Below are positions 26,867 through 36,411 of a stretch of DNA of 64,000 nucleotides, piece after piece; within the stretch, counting starts at the first letter, position 1, and each line of letters starts with the position of its first letter. Below the pieces are notes generated by a model. It had not been told where the DNA came from. It saw nothing but the letters and a program-made list of their open reading frames with translations, and made no database searches. Where the stretch lies: assembly GCA_030647355.1 (NCBI GenBank), contig JAUSIS010000013.1, positions 48,353-112,352 of the forward strand. The letters are read 5' to 3'. This stretch comes from a bacterium (GTDB lineage: Bacteria > Patescibacteriota > UBA1384 > VFKW01). A program made the translations under genes and the position numbers.

Positions 26867-29203
26867 TTATTTTACTTGCTTAAGATAACTTTCCATCGGA
26901 TTCTTCACATCAATCTTATCAGCATCACTTGTCGTCGGCTTGGTTAGAACCGCCCCTTCCCCCTCAAAAGGATCGGCTGGTTTTTGGGAAACTATCGGCA
27001 AAGTGAATTTGAAAATTGCACCCTTACCTCCGCCAGCTGGTGGACTCTCAATCCATATTTTACCACTATGCAGCTCCACCAGTTTCTTGCTGATATAAAG
27101 CCCCAAGCCCGACCCCTGAAATTCGTTTTTTTCGCGATTGAGCTGGCTGAATTTTTTAAATAGTTTATCGGCATCCTCTTGCTTTATCCCCACACCCGTA
27201 TCCGATACTGTAAATTCGAGCGACCTGCCGTCAACCTTCGCCTCAATAGTCACTCCGCCTTTTTCCGTGAACTTGATCGCATTGCCTGCCAAATTAACTA
27301 AAACTTCGCGAATCCTATTTATGTCTATCCAAGTTTGCGGCAATTTATGCTCCGGCTTCTCAAATTTCAAATAAATCTTCTTCGCATTTGATTTTACGCT
27401 CAATTCATCAATAACGCTCTGAACCAATTCCTCCGGACCTATTTCTCCGTACATCAAATGAATTCTCCCCTGCTCGATTCTGGAGACATTTAAAAGATCG
27501 AGTATCAAAACCGCCAACCGTTTGCTGGATGCATAAACTCTATCCAAATATTCTTTGGCCGTAGCGTCAACTTTGCCCATTCCTTCATCCAAAATCATGC
27601 TTAAATAGCCCTGTATTGCCGCCAAAGGCGTATTCATCTCATGACTGGCAACCGAGATAAATTCGTCTTTCATCTGATCCAAATCCTTCAAGTAATCGTT
27701 CGCCTTCTTTAAATTTTCATACGCTATCGCTCTCTGGACAGCCAAGCTTACTTCGTTCGAAATGGCTGCCATCATACTGATCGCTTCGGTGGCAATATCC
27801 TCGATTGGATGTTTCAATCCATAAATGGCCACTCCGAATCTCTCATCCTTAGCTGATAACGGGATGGCAATCAGTCCTTTTATATCACTTTTTGTTTGAA
27901 GTTCCCTAGCTAGAGTCTTATCAAGCGGCGGCGACACAAAATCCGATAGGTTATTCCCCTTCTGTTCCTTTTGACTATGGTACGCCATCATAAGTAAGTT
28001 TTCACGGTTTTTCAGAGGAATGGCAGTCGAACGCACCACTTCCTTCCACTTATCCAAAAGCCCATCAGATAAATTAGTCTCGGACAGGGCATACCCCTTC
28101 ATCTTCTCACTCTCCTGGTCAACCAACGCCACTACCACTCCCATACATTCATCGATCTCCTTAGGAATGGTATTGATAATTTGCTGAATCATCGGCTTCA
28201 TCTCATTATTATCGAGGACTATATCAGAAAATTTCTGCAAAGTTGATAGATTTTTATTTCGCTCGTCAACTTCCTTGAGCGCCCTCTCCCTCTCCTTTGC
28301 CAGCGTCTCCATCTCCTCCCGCTGCTTGATTTCTTTTCTAACACTTCTTATCAACGAAAAACCACCAAATACCGCCAATAACCAGACAATACTCTTAAGC
28401 ATTCCCTCACCAACCGAATTAGATAAAAATACTTCGATCAAAAGACCAAGTGAAAGTAAGATTACTATAGTCTCGGTTGTAACTACTTTAATATCAAACA
28501 AACCTGTTTTTATTATACCGTAAGCTATAAATCCAACGAAAAATATTATTGAATAATTACCAATACGATAGAGCGACTGGTTATCTAGAATAATTGGAAT
28601 AGTGGTATTAAATAAGACCTCAAGAAGAACGAATATCCCAAAACCCAATAATAAGTATTTTAATTGAAGCTTTTTTATACCATAAGTATTAAAATAATTT
28701 CTCACGAAGATTATTAAAGAGGTTAGTAGTAAAATTAGTGAAAAAGGTAGAAATATTTGAAAATAAGCATTACTGGTGATTACATCAAAACCCCATTGAG
28801 TGTGCTTAATCCCCGTTGCAAAAAAAGAAGTAAAAACCGTAACTATAAATAAAATCGTGGCACAAATCAAAATGAATAAATTAAGAAGATTCACATAACG
28901 CGAAAGCTTAATATGAAATGGATAAACTAAAGAAAAGAAGTATAAAGTTATACACATCCCAACAACCGAACCAAAAGTAATTCTACTTAACAATAGCGTT
29001 ACCCACTCGTTTGTATTTACAAAAAACTCAGAAACATAGGCAGAAGAAACTATCAAACATGAAAATAAAGCAAATCCAATAAAATATTTATTAGCAATAT
29101 CTTTGGGATCTTTTAAATATACTACTAATCCTAAAAAGATACATGTGATACAAATAATTAATACACCAATTGATTCCATGTTCAGTAGTAATCCGGAAAT
29201 CAT
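26867..29203 (-). CDS. sensor histidine kinase with a multi-TM N-terminal sensor region
   Basis: About 8 N-terminal TM helices, then a coiled coil and a GAF/PAS-like region. HisKA H-box SHEMNTPLAAIQGY. HATPase_c N, G1 (DTGVGI) and G2 (GSGLGL) boxes. Confidence 0.8.
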   Translation of the reverse strand: MISGLLLNMESIGVLIICITCIFLGLVVYLKDPKDIANKYFIGFALFSCLIVSSAYVSEFFVNTNEWVTLLLSRITFGSVVGMCITLYFFSLVYPFHIKLSRYVNLLNLFILICATILFIVTVFTSFFATGIKHTQWGFDVITSNAYFQIFLPFSLILLLTSLIIFVRNYFNTYGIKKLQLKYLLLGFGIFVLLEVLFNTTIPIILDNQSLYRIGNYSIIFFVGFIAYGIIKTGLFDIKVVTTETIVILLSLGLLIEVFLSNSVGEGMLKSIVWLLAVFGGFSLIRSVRKEIKQREEMETLAKERERALKEVDERNKNLSTLQKFSDIVLDNNEMKPMIQQIINTIPKEIDECMGVVVALVDQESEKMKGYALSETNLSDGLLDKWKEVVRSTAIPLKNRENLLMMAYHSQKEQKGNNLSDFVSPPLDKTLARELQTKSDIKGLIAIPLSAKDERFGVAIYGLKHPIEDIATEAISMMAAISNEVSLAVQRAIAYENLKKANDYLKDLDQMKDEFISVASHEMNTPLAAIQGYLSMILDEGMGKVDATAKEYLDRVYASSKRLAVLILDLLNVSRIEQGRIHLMYGEIGPEELVQSVIDELSVKSNAKKIYLKFEKPEHKLPQTWIDINRIREVLVNLAGNAIKFTEKGGVTIEAKVDGRSLEFTVSDTGVGIKQEDADKLFKKFSQLNREKNEFQGSGLGLYISKKLVELHSGKIWIESPPAGGGKGAIFKFTLPIVSQKPADPFEGEGAVLTKPTTSDADKIDVKNPMESYLKQVK

Positions 29204-29225
29204 TTTCCCCTCGCTTTATTGATTT

Positions 29226-30809
29226 TTAAACAATCAATCTTGGTTTTGTTCTGTTGCTATCTTCTGCAAAAGGGCCATCGCGAAATGGATATATTTTTAC
29301 TATAGGGAGACATGTCGCCAGGTCCTCAATACATGCCTGATTAAAATCCGTATTGACTTTCTTTAAGTGATTCAAGATTGCTAAAACATAGTGCTCTGAT
29401 AGTGTTAATAGTTTTTCATTTTCAATTTTAGCATTTTTCTTTAATTCCAAGTAGATTACAAATTGCGAGTTACCATGTTCGTCTTCTGTTTTGGAAAGTT
29501 TGTACCCATTAAATTGTTCAGCACTTAATACAATCTTTTCGATTTGACTTGGATAAACATTGGCACTCGCAATTGATAGCGCTTGTTGTCTGGAATAAAC
29601 ATATACAAAAGGTAATCTCCAGACTTTATAAGACTTTGGTGTATTGTTTTCAGTCAATAGTTTCTGAATATCATAGCCATTATCATCTAACGCTTTAAGC
29701 ATTTTATTATAAGGAACGATACCGCCAACATCTTCTATATCATACCTAATCAATGGCACACCAGAATAACTGGATAATACTATGTGGTCTTCGTTCAGCA
29801 TCTCAATATAATAAGCGGATGGGTTATACTGCACAATACTTGGTGCATAATCTTCACCAAACAATTGTTTACAAAATTTCTTGTCTTCGCTTGCAATCTT
29901 GCGAATAATATTGGTCAGCAAAGACCCAAACCCTATTCCACCAGCGTCAGCAGTACCATAAACATCCAGCAAGGTATTTATTGAGTCTGAATTTGGTTTT
30001 TTCTGGTCGGTTAACTGGCACATTACTGCACTTTTCCAATTATCTGATACCGCCTCTCCTCCTGTTTGTATTTTTACACTTAATTTTTCCCAATTAATTC
30101 CATTATTCTTACCCTCATTAATAACTAACTTAATAAAAGAAGGATATCCAGCTATTACGATCTGATCATAATCTTCGGCAAGTTTTTTAATACAATATAA
30201 TACATGATCGAGATTTGCCCCAGGAGTTGCTATTGTTAATTGTAACTTTGGATCATCGAGTGATACTTGTTTCATTAACCATGTATTTAACTCTCCCGCT
30301 ATCCATGGTCCCAAAGCATAAGTAACAATCCATAAAGTGGATTTTTTATCAATCTCCCAACAATTCTGATATACAACTCTAACATATTTAGGAAGTATCC
30401 AGTCTTGATTTTTATCTCTAAACCAAAAAACTGGTTCACCTGTGGTGCCAGATGTTGTTGCAAAATTATACATTTCCTGAATGGGAGCAGACAATAATTG
30501 CTCTCTTCGATAACGATTAAAATATTGCTTCTTATTTGTGATAGGTACATATTCCTTGAAATTCTCAATAGTTTTTATTTTTGTATGGTCTTTTAAACCA
30601 TTTTTCTTTAAAAAATCTTTATAGGCCGGCACCTTTTCGGCTGCCTCGTGAAAACTAATTAGTAGTTTCTTTTTACCTTGTTTTTCCCAAAATGAGGCGG
30701 GCATTGTAGATAAAAACCACATTGCTCTTTTGGGATTCGACATAAAAAACTTTTGCATCAAATTACCGATTTTCATTTTCTCCTTGTTATAATTATCCCC
30801 ATGGGTCAA
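29226..30809 (-). CDS. adenylate-forming enzyme, GH3/PaaK-like (ANL superfamily)
   Basis: Motifs FKEYVPITNKKQYF and FATTSGTTGEPVFWF (an SSGTTGxP-type phosphate-binding loop). At 527 aa the length fits bacterial GH3 acyl-acid amido synthetases. The assignment needs HMM confirmation. Confidence 0.5.
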   Translation of the reverse strand: MTHGDNYNKEKMKIGNLMQKFFMSNPKRAMWFLSTMPASFWEKQGKKKLLISFHEAAEKVPAYKDFLKKNGLKDHTKIKTIENFKEYVPITNKKQYFNRYRREQLLSAPIQEMYNFATTSGTTGEPVFWFRDKNQDWILPKYVRVVYQNCWEIDKKSTLWIVTYALGPWIAGELNTWLMKQVSLDDPKLQLTIATPGANLDHVLYCIKKLAEDYDQIVIAGYPSFIKLVINEGKNNGINWEKLSVKIQTGGEAVSDNWKSAVMCQLTDQKKPNSDSINTLLDVYGTADAGGIGFGSLLTNIIRKIASEDKKFCKQLFGEDYAPSIVQYNPSAYYIEMLNEDHIVLSSYSGVPLIRYDIEDVGGIVPYNKMLKALDDNGYDIQKLLTENNTPKSYKVWRLPFVYVYSRQQALSIASANVYPSQIEKIVLSAEQFNGYKLSKTEDEHGNSQFVIYLELKKNAKIENEKLLTLSEHYVLAILNHLKKVNTDFNQACIEDLATCLPIVKIYPFRDGPFAEDSNRTKPRLIV

Positions 30810-31584
30810 TTAGTATTGAATCTGGGGTAAGAGGTATTGGAACGCCTTCAATTAATTTAATAATTGCTCCTACGATAATTGAAGAAGTAATACTAGCGCT
30901 TACCCCAAGCTGTGGCACAAATCCATTATCTTTTATTATCTGTTGGTATGTTTTTACAAAATTTAATTTATTCTTAAAAGGATCTGGCATCCTTTTAATG
31001 CTATTCATGATCAACATAGCAAAGCATTCATCACCATACACTTTTCCTCCTACTATATCTTCAATCGTTGCTGATTGAGGTGAAAATACTAATGCAAAAC
31101 CACCAAACCCGAATGTAAAAGGAAATAATACATATTTATTTTGCTTACGAGCTTCGGCATTAATAATATAGATCACCTCATTGGGGTCAGCCATATTTAC
31201 AACAATATCACTTTTTTTTATCAACATCTCCACCTCTTTTTGATGTTTAACGAATTTCGGATAAACTTCAACTTTACAGTGAGGATTGATTGTAAGGATT
31301 TTTTTCTTTATAGCTTTGGCTTTATTTACTCCAACATCTTTAATATCAAAAGCTTGACGATTTAAATTACTTAATTCAACTTTATCCCCATCGCAAAGGA
31401 TAAAATTTTTAAAACCTTTTCTTGCAGCTGAAATAGCTATTTGACTACCCAGACCGCAACCAATTAAAAGAATTTTAGTTTTTTTTATTTTTTTTTGTGT
31501 ATCGTTAGAAATAAGACCAAAATTACGTCTCAAAAACTCTTCCATAAACCGATCCGGATGTTTAGGTATTTTCTTTGTTATCAT
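30793..31584 (-). CDS. ThiF/MoeB/HesA-family E1-like adenylyltransferase
   Basis: Rossmann motif ILLIGCGLGSQIA and the conserved NLNRQ motif. Overlaps the downstream adenylating-enzyme gene by 17 nt. Confidence 0.75.
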   Translation of the reverse strand: MITKKIPKHPDRFMEEFLRRNFGLISNDTQKKIKKTKILLIGCGLGSQIAISAARKGFKNFILCDGDKVELSNLNRQAFDIKDVGVNKAKAIKKKILTINPHCKVEVYPKFVKHQKEVEMLIKKSDIVVNMADPNEVIYIINAEARKQNKYVLFPFTFGFGGFALVFSPQSATIEDIVGGKVYGDECFAMLIMNSIKRMPDPFKNKLNFVKTYQQIIKDNGFVPQLGVSASITSSIIVGAIIKLIEGVPIPLTPDSILIDPWG

Positions 31585-31594
31585 AAAATCCCAT

Positions 31595-31861
31595 TCAATT
31601 CTTATATTTAAAAAATAAAACAGCCATGATAATTACTCCTGGAATATTTATAGATTCTAGGGCGATAATCGGCCATTCTTTGATTACTATTCCATAATTT
31701 AACCATGCCAATTCGGTTATAACGATTCCTAGAATTAATATAATAGAAAAATCCTTAGCACTTTTCGTTTTCCATATTTTCCACACTTGTGAATAAATGC
31801 CTAAAGTAATGGTAAGGCTGGCTACAAAAGTTACCAGTCGGCTTATATCAACATAACTCAT
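31595..31861 (-). CDS. SemiSWEET / PQ-loop family small membrane transporter (3 TM)
   Basis: 88 aa with 3 TM helices. The motif YSQVWKIWKTKSAKDFS (a PQ-loop-like SQ...KTKS...S pattern) and the later NYG resemble MtN3/SemiSWEET. Confidence 0.55.
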   Translation of the reverse strand: MSYVDISRLVTFVASLTITLGIYSQVWKIWKTKSAKDFSIILILGIVITELAWLNYGIVIKEWPIIALESINIPGVIIMAVLFFKYKN

Positions 31862-32236
31862 ATGAAATAATCCCCGTTATTAATATAAATATATCATTAA
31901 TTATGATCGGATACAATATAATTAAATCATAACTATATCTGAAACCATAAATGTCCTCCTTTATTATTCTAATACAGTATAGCCGCCTACGAAAAACTTC
32001 GGTACTTATCAAAAAAATCAAGATCGCCCTGCCCTACTCTCATTTAACCACAATCGCCAAAAAACCCATATAGTCACATATACAAGGAGAGGTAATCCAA
32101 CTTATCCTAATTCTTCACCACCTGAATAGAGTTCAATATCTTTTTCCCAACCCAACCTATCACGCTCTTCTCACACTCTTCCAACCACAACCACTTCGAC
32201 ACATTCCCCCAACCCCAACCCGATATTACCGACCCA

Positions 32237-32271
32237 CCGTAACCGCTTCTGCGCTATAGCGCATAACTAGT
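32237..32271. repeat. 35-bp direct repeat, copy 1 (3' of the PaaX-like gene)
   Basis: ccgtaaccgcttctgcgctatagcgcataactagt, about 86% identical to 32934-32969. Contains the palindrome gcgctatagcgc. Confidence 0.6.
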
Positions 32272-32325
32272 TACGCTTACAGGAGGTACAATATTTAAAA
32301 AAAATGAAGCTGACTCTGAAATATA

Positions 32326-32913
32326 CTATTCACCTTGGTTTAAATTAAAATATTTTACTAATTTATCCGCGCCCGGCAAAAAATCTGTCTTCAAATACGC
32401 GACAAATGAAGAAATTCCACAAGATTGAGTTAAAATCGCAATCTCTTCTTTACATTCGTAAGGAATAACCCATAAACTATCCTGAACCTGAAAAAACCCA
32501 AAATTAATCAATTTCCGCCTGAAGTAATCTCTTTCCTTCTTTTTACTTTCTGGAATATCATAGCTCACCAGATGCCAAATCCCATCCCAATATTCGAATT
32601 TACTAATCACAAGCTCATCAATTTTAAATCTTTCCAATAATTCCAATCCCTTCTCTGTCAATTTGACTTTCTCGCCAGCTAAATAGATAATCCCCTTTTC
32701 TTCCAGCAATTTCAAATTTTTCTTATATCTATATTTTTGCTGACGATTTTGCAACATCAAAACCTGAGCCACATTCGGTGCCACAAATGCCGAGGCCAAG
32801 ATCAACCCTGTCTCCACCATCTTCAAAATTTCCTTTTGCTTTTTCGATATTCTCATAGTTAAATTATAACAAAATACAACTATATTCGTACTACCCAAAT
32901 TTATGCTACCCAA
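32326..32913 (-). CDS. putative transcriptional regulator, wHTH + Cas2/VapD-like C-terminal fold (PaaX-like)
   Basis: Central KKNLKLLEEKGIIYLAGEKVKLTEKGLELLE looks like a winged helix. The C-terminus WHLVSYDIPESKKKERDYFRRKLINFGFFQVQDSLWVIPY resembles the Cas2/PaaX_C beta-alpha-beta pattern. The real start may be the internal M at about 32856. Confidence 0.4.
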   Translation of the reverse strand: MGSINLGSTNIVVFCYNLTMRISKKQKEILKMVETGLILASAFVAPNVAQVLMLQNRQQKYRYKKNLKLLEEKGIIYLAGEKVKLTEKGLELLERFKIDELVISKFEYWDGIWHLVSYDIPESKKKERDYFRRKLINFGFFQVQDSLWVIPYECKEEIAILTQSCGISSFVAYLKTDFLPGADKLVKYFNLNQGE

Positions 32914-32933
32914 CTAAATACCTGATCAACCTA

Positions 32934-32969
32934 TCGTAACCACCTCTGCGCTATAGCGTATAACTAGTG
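32934..32969. repeat. 35-bp direct repeat, copy 2 (5' of the PaaX-like gene)
   Basis: tcgtaaccacctctgcgctatagcgtataactagtg. Confidence 0.6.
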
Positions 32970-33188
32970 ACATATTAATGTGGCAAAAAGCGACATTTCT
33001 ATTTTACATTGACAGAACCGCCATGGAGCCACCAACGAATCTATGACAGTCCGTTGTGGTCCCAAATGGTAAGATAAGACTAGCTGATCAATAGCACGAT
33101 CTAATTCAGGCGATGTGCACGCTCGCTATTGAGGAACTTGCAGACAAGAATGTGCTGCCAGAACCAATAAAGAGAGCTATTATAGCAA

Positions 33189-33237
33189 GAGGGGTCGGCA
33201 ATGCCTAGGGAAACGCCGACCCCCTTTTATTTTTTAT
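33189..33237 (+). terminator. rho-independent terminator (plus-strand orientation), overlapping the Nudix gene stop
   Basis: ggggtcggc-aatgcctagggaaac-gccgacccc followed by ttttattttttat. Confidence 0.5.
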
Positions 33238-33670
33238 ACAGATTGATGAGAAAATTATTAGCTGTTTTAAGTATCTGGGCACTTGAATTGTGTGATATTT
33301 TCTTACTTGCCTGATCAAAATCAAGCCATAAGTAATCAACGATTTCTTCCGGCCTCATGATCTTAGCATCGGTATTAAGTACTTTACCTAGATAATATGT
33401 AACAGTCTTATCGAGAATCTTTCCATCCTTTTCAAATATGTATTTATCCGATAACCCTTGATCGGATATAATTTCAAACTCTGTAATACCGGTTTCTTCA
33501 TATATTTCCCGTTTAATTGTCTCAAATATAGTCTCATCTTTTTCCGGATGCCCCTTGGGAAATGCCCAGTGGCCTGTTCTATGATGGATTAATAGATATA
33601 AATAACGGCCATCTTCTTTATAAAATGGTATGAGTCCATAAGATTGATCTTTAATTATTTCTTTTCCCAT
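33227..33670 (-). CDS. NUDIX hydrolase
   Basis: Nudix box GHWAFPKGHPEKDETIFETIKREIYEETGI (GX5EX7REUXEEXGU). Confidence 0.85.
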   Translation of the reverse strand: MGKEIIKDQSYGLIPFYKEDGRYLYLLIHHRTGHWAFPKGHPEKDETIFETIKREIYEETGITEFEIISDQGLSDKYIFEKDGKILDKTVTYYLGKVLNTDAKIMRPEEIVDYLWLDFDQASKKISHNSSAQILKTANNFLINLYKK

Positions 33671-33808
33671 GGTTTTACTTTACCACATTTTTTGTATTAA
33701 AAATGAAGTACCGCCAGCAATAGCTGGCGGTAAAAAAATTATCGAGAATGCTCATAGAAATTAATAATTTCTGTAGTATAATGTAGAAAAATATAATAAG
33801 AAGGTGCC

Positions 33809-34615
33809 ATGCATCAAATAATCAACTGGTGTGCAAAAGGTTCCCGTAAAACGGGCGCGAAATTTATTGAAGATACATTAGCAATCGCTGAAGTAGCTCA
33901 GGCAATTGAAATCCATTACAACTATCCACAAGATAGAAATTTTGATAATGAACTGAATTTCCTAAAGAAATTGTCGCAGGAGAAAGGAATTAAATACGCT
34001 GTCCACGCACCTTACTTAAATAATGGTCTGAATGATTTTAATGAAAAAATCAGACAAGCCACCTTGGAAGAAATGTTTGCATCAATCGACCGGGCCGAAT
34101 TTTTGGGAGCCCAAGTCGTTACGATTCATCCGCCATTTGAGCCCTATGGATTAAAATTTCCCGAGAGAATTTCATTGGAACATGATTCTTATTCCCAAAT
34201 CGCTAAATATGCCACAAAAAAAGAAATTAAAATAGGTCTGGAGAATGAGGCAAAGACCTGCTTTTTCTTTCCCGACCGAGCGTGTTTGTTTTTGGAAATC
34301 AAAAAAATTATTGAATCAATCGACAGTGAGTTTTTTGGCTATACATTGGACTTCGGACATGGCAATATCTCAGGGATTAATTTAAAAGAGGCGATTGAAC
34401 TGGCCGGATCGAAACTTTTTCACATCCATGCCCATGATAATCTGGGGACTAAGGATCCAAAAATAGATCCTCATTTACCGCCTGGTAATGGAAATATCAA
34501 TTGGAAGATAATCCTCAATACCCTGCAAAACATCAAGTACAATCAATATTTTGAAATCGAATCCTCTCTGGAAAATTTTACAAAAGGCAAGGATTATCTC
34601 ACCTCCCTAAAATAA
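33809..34615 (+). CDS. sugar phosphate isomerase/epimerase (xylose-isomerase-like TIM barrel)
   Basis: Pattern of conserved metal-binding residues HAPY...E...TIHPP...GLENE...D...HIHAHDN typical of the AP-endonuclease-2 / TIM-barrel family. Confidence 0.65.
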   Translation: MHQIINWCAKGSRKTGAKFIEDTLAIAEVAQAIEIHYNYPQDRNFDNELNFLKKLSQEKGIKYAVHAPYLNNGLNDFNEKIRQATLEEMFASIDRAEFLGAQVVTIHPPFEPYGLKFPERISLEHDSYSQIAKYATKKEIKIGLENEAKTCFFFPDRACLFLEIKKIIESIDSEFFGYTLDFGHGNISGINLKEAIELAGSKLFHIHAHDNLGTKDPKIDPHLPPGNGNINWKIILNTLQNIKYNQYFEIESSLENFTKGKDYLTSLK

Positions 34616-34628
34616 AAGAGGGCACAGT

Positions 34629-36032
34629 GTGACCTGCACCCATTATAGCGGCAACAGAAGGCCAATAATAATCCTCTTTAGAAAATTCCCTACTGCAGTA
34701 TTTTATTATTATGCTACAATTAAACGGATGGAAACAAACAAACACACTCTAAAATCCCAAATAAATATCGAACGCATCGGCTGGCTTATCGGTCTGGCGC
34801 TTTTACTGTACCTACCCAACCTGTACCCGGCGCAATTCTCCAAAATGACTGAACTTGCCTACACGGGATTAATACTTTCAACTGCCCTGCTTTATTATTA
34901 CCTCGCCTACAATCTTCTTCGCATAACAAAAAGTTGCTACGCCAAAAATATCGGCGACATCCTGTTCCTAAATTCGCTCCTCTTCCTTGCAATCCAAACA
35001 AAATCCTATATCGCGCTCATCCTCATAATTCCTATCGCCGGTTCGTTATTGATCCTAAACAGAATCAACGGTTTGATCGTCGCCGCCTCTGCCATAATCC
35101 TGGTTGGGCTGGAAATTTTTGTTGAAAATAATAACAACATTACACTCTACTTCGACCCGGTCTATGTTCTGATTGTTTTGGCAGTTATTATCACTTTCTA
35201 TATGAGAATACTTGCCCAAAAAGCGCATTATGAACACCTCGTGAGACAGGAGGAAGAAAGTAAATTAGCCGAAATCAACATAAAATTATCCAACTTAGAA
35301 CACCAAGGCAAAGAATTCACGACTTTGGCAGCCAGACAAATCTCAACACCGCTTGCCACTATCCAAAGCTTCGTCCAAACACTTTCAAGCGAGAAAGACG
35401 GACATCTAAACGACAAACAAAAAGTATTTATCAAAGAGACTGCCAATTACATCGAAAAAATGCATGGTCTGATATCCGAACTGCTTTATATAACAAAGGT
35501 CGAATTCAGCCCACCCCCCGAGCTTCGACCAATGGACATTTTAGACACCACCAAAGAGGTCATCAAGAAATTTGAACCCTATCTTAAAGAAAAAAACACC
35601 GAGATAAAACTAAAATATCCTAACAATGACATGCCTAACATAAAAGCCGATAAGAATTACCTGCCGGAAATACTCAATAGATTAATTGACAACGCTATAA
35701 AATATTCACCCGATAAATCACCGATAGAAATCGTCCTGCAAATCGTTCACAAAGACAATAAACCGTACCTAAGTCTAGACATCTCCGATCGTGGACTTGG
35801 CATTCCCAATGAAGAGCAAAAATATTTGTTTCACAAATTCTTTCGCGGTAGCAATATAATTGATACTGAAATACCCGGCAACGGACTAAGTTTGTATGTA
35901 GTAAAGCTCTTAGCCGACAAACAAAACTGTAAAATTGATTTTAAATCAAAAACTGATGAAGGGACATCGTTTCTATTAGATTTCCCGCTGGAAAAAAGTG
36001 ACGCAAAAAAAGGCGGCTCCAGCCGCCAATAA
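34629..36032 (+). CDS. membrane sensor histidine kinase
   Basis: About 6 N-terminal TM helices. HisKA H-box region, then HATPase_c N and G boxes (DRGLGIP, GNGLSLYVVK). The start codon is uncertain; the alternative is M at about 34728. Confidence 0.75.
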   Translation: MTCTHYSGNRRPIIILFRKFPTAVFYYYATIKRMETNKHTLKSQINIERIGWLIGLALLLYLPNLYPAQFSKMTELAYTGLILSTALLYYYLAYNLLRITKSCYAKNIGDILFLNSLLFLAIQTKSYIALILIIPIAGSLLILNRINGLIVAASAIILVGLEIFVENNNNITLYFDPVYVLIVLAVIITFYMRILAQKAHYEHLVRQEEESKLAEINIKLSNLEHQGKEFTTLAARQISTPLATIQSFVQTLSSEKDGHLNDKQKVFIKETANYIEKMHGLISELLYITKVEFSPPPELRPMDILDTTKEVIKKFEPYLKEKNTEIKLKYPNNDMPNIKADKNYLPEILNRLIDNAIKYSPDKSPIEIVLQIVHKDNKPYLSLDISDRGLGIPNEEQKYLFHKFFRGSNIIDTEIPGNGLSLYVVKLLADKQNCKIDFKSKTDEGTSFLLDFPLEKSDAKKGGSSRQ

Positions 36033-36039
36033 GCATTGA

Positions 36040-36327
36040 TCATTCCAGCACATAGTCGGGACTCGGGTCTTCTATCAGACCCATTCGCCTAGCCTGGTTA
36101 CCAGTTTGCTCAAAGCGCTGTTTGGCAAACTCGTCACACTTAGGACATACTTTGAGATGCTCCTCAACTATCTCATAGTGATTGCGAGGAATTTGCTGGC
36201 CCTTTGCCATGTCAGCAATTACCTCTCGCACCTGTTGGCACGATATCGCAGCGACGTCGGGCAAATCCTGGCTCGGAGCATAACATTGAGGATACTTATG
36301 ATCCCCATCATGCTGTCTTGTACTCAT
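36040..36327 (-). CDS. small zf-HC2 (anti-sigma-factor-like zinc finger) protein
   Basis: ISCQQVREVIADMA...EEHLKVCPKCDEF contains the H-x3-C-x2-C motif of ZAS-type anti-sigma factors. No cognate ECF sigma gene nearby. Confidence 0.45.
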   Translation of the reverse strand: MSTRQHDGDHKYPQCYAPSQDLPDVAAISCQQVREVIADMAKGQQIPRNHYEIVEEHLKVCPKCDEFAKQRFEQTGNQARRMGLIEDPSPDYVLE

Positions 36328-36411
36328 GGCACCCCCTTCTTCACGAGTATTCGGACGAATAATTATTCCCTATCATACATCGAACAGCCAAAAAGTCAAG
36401 TACTCCAGCTA

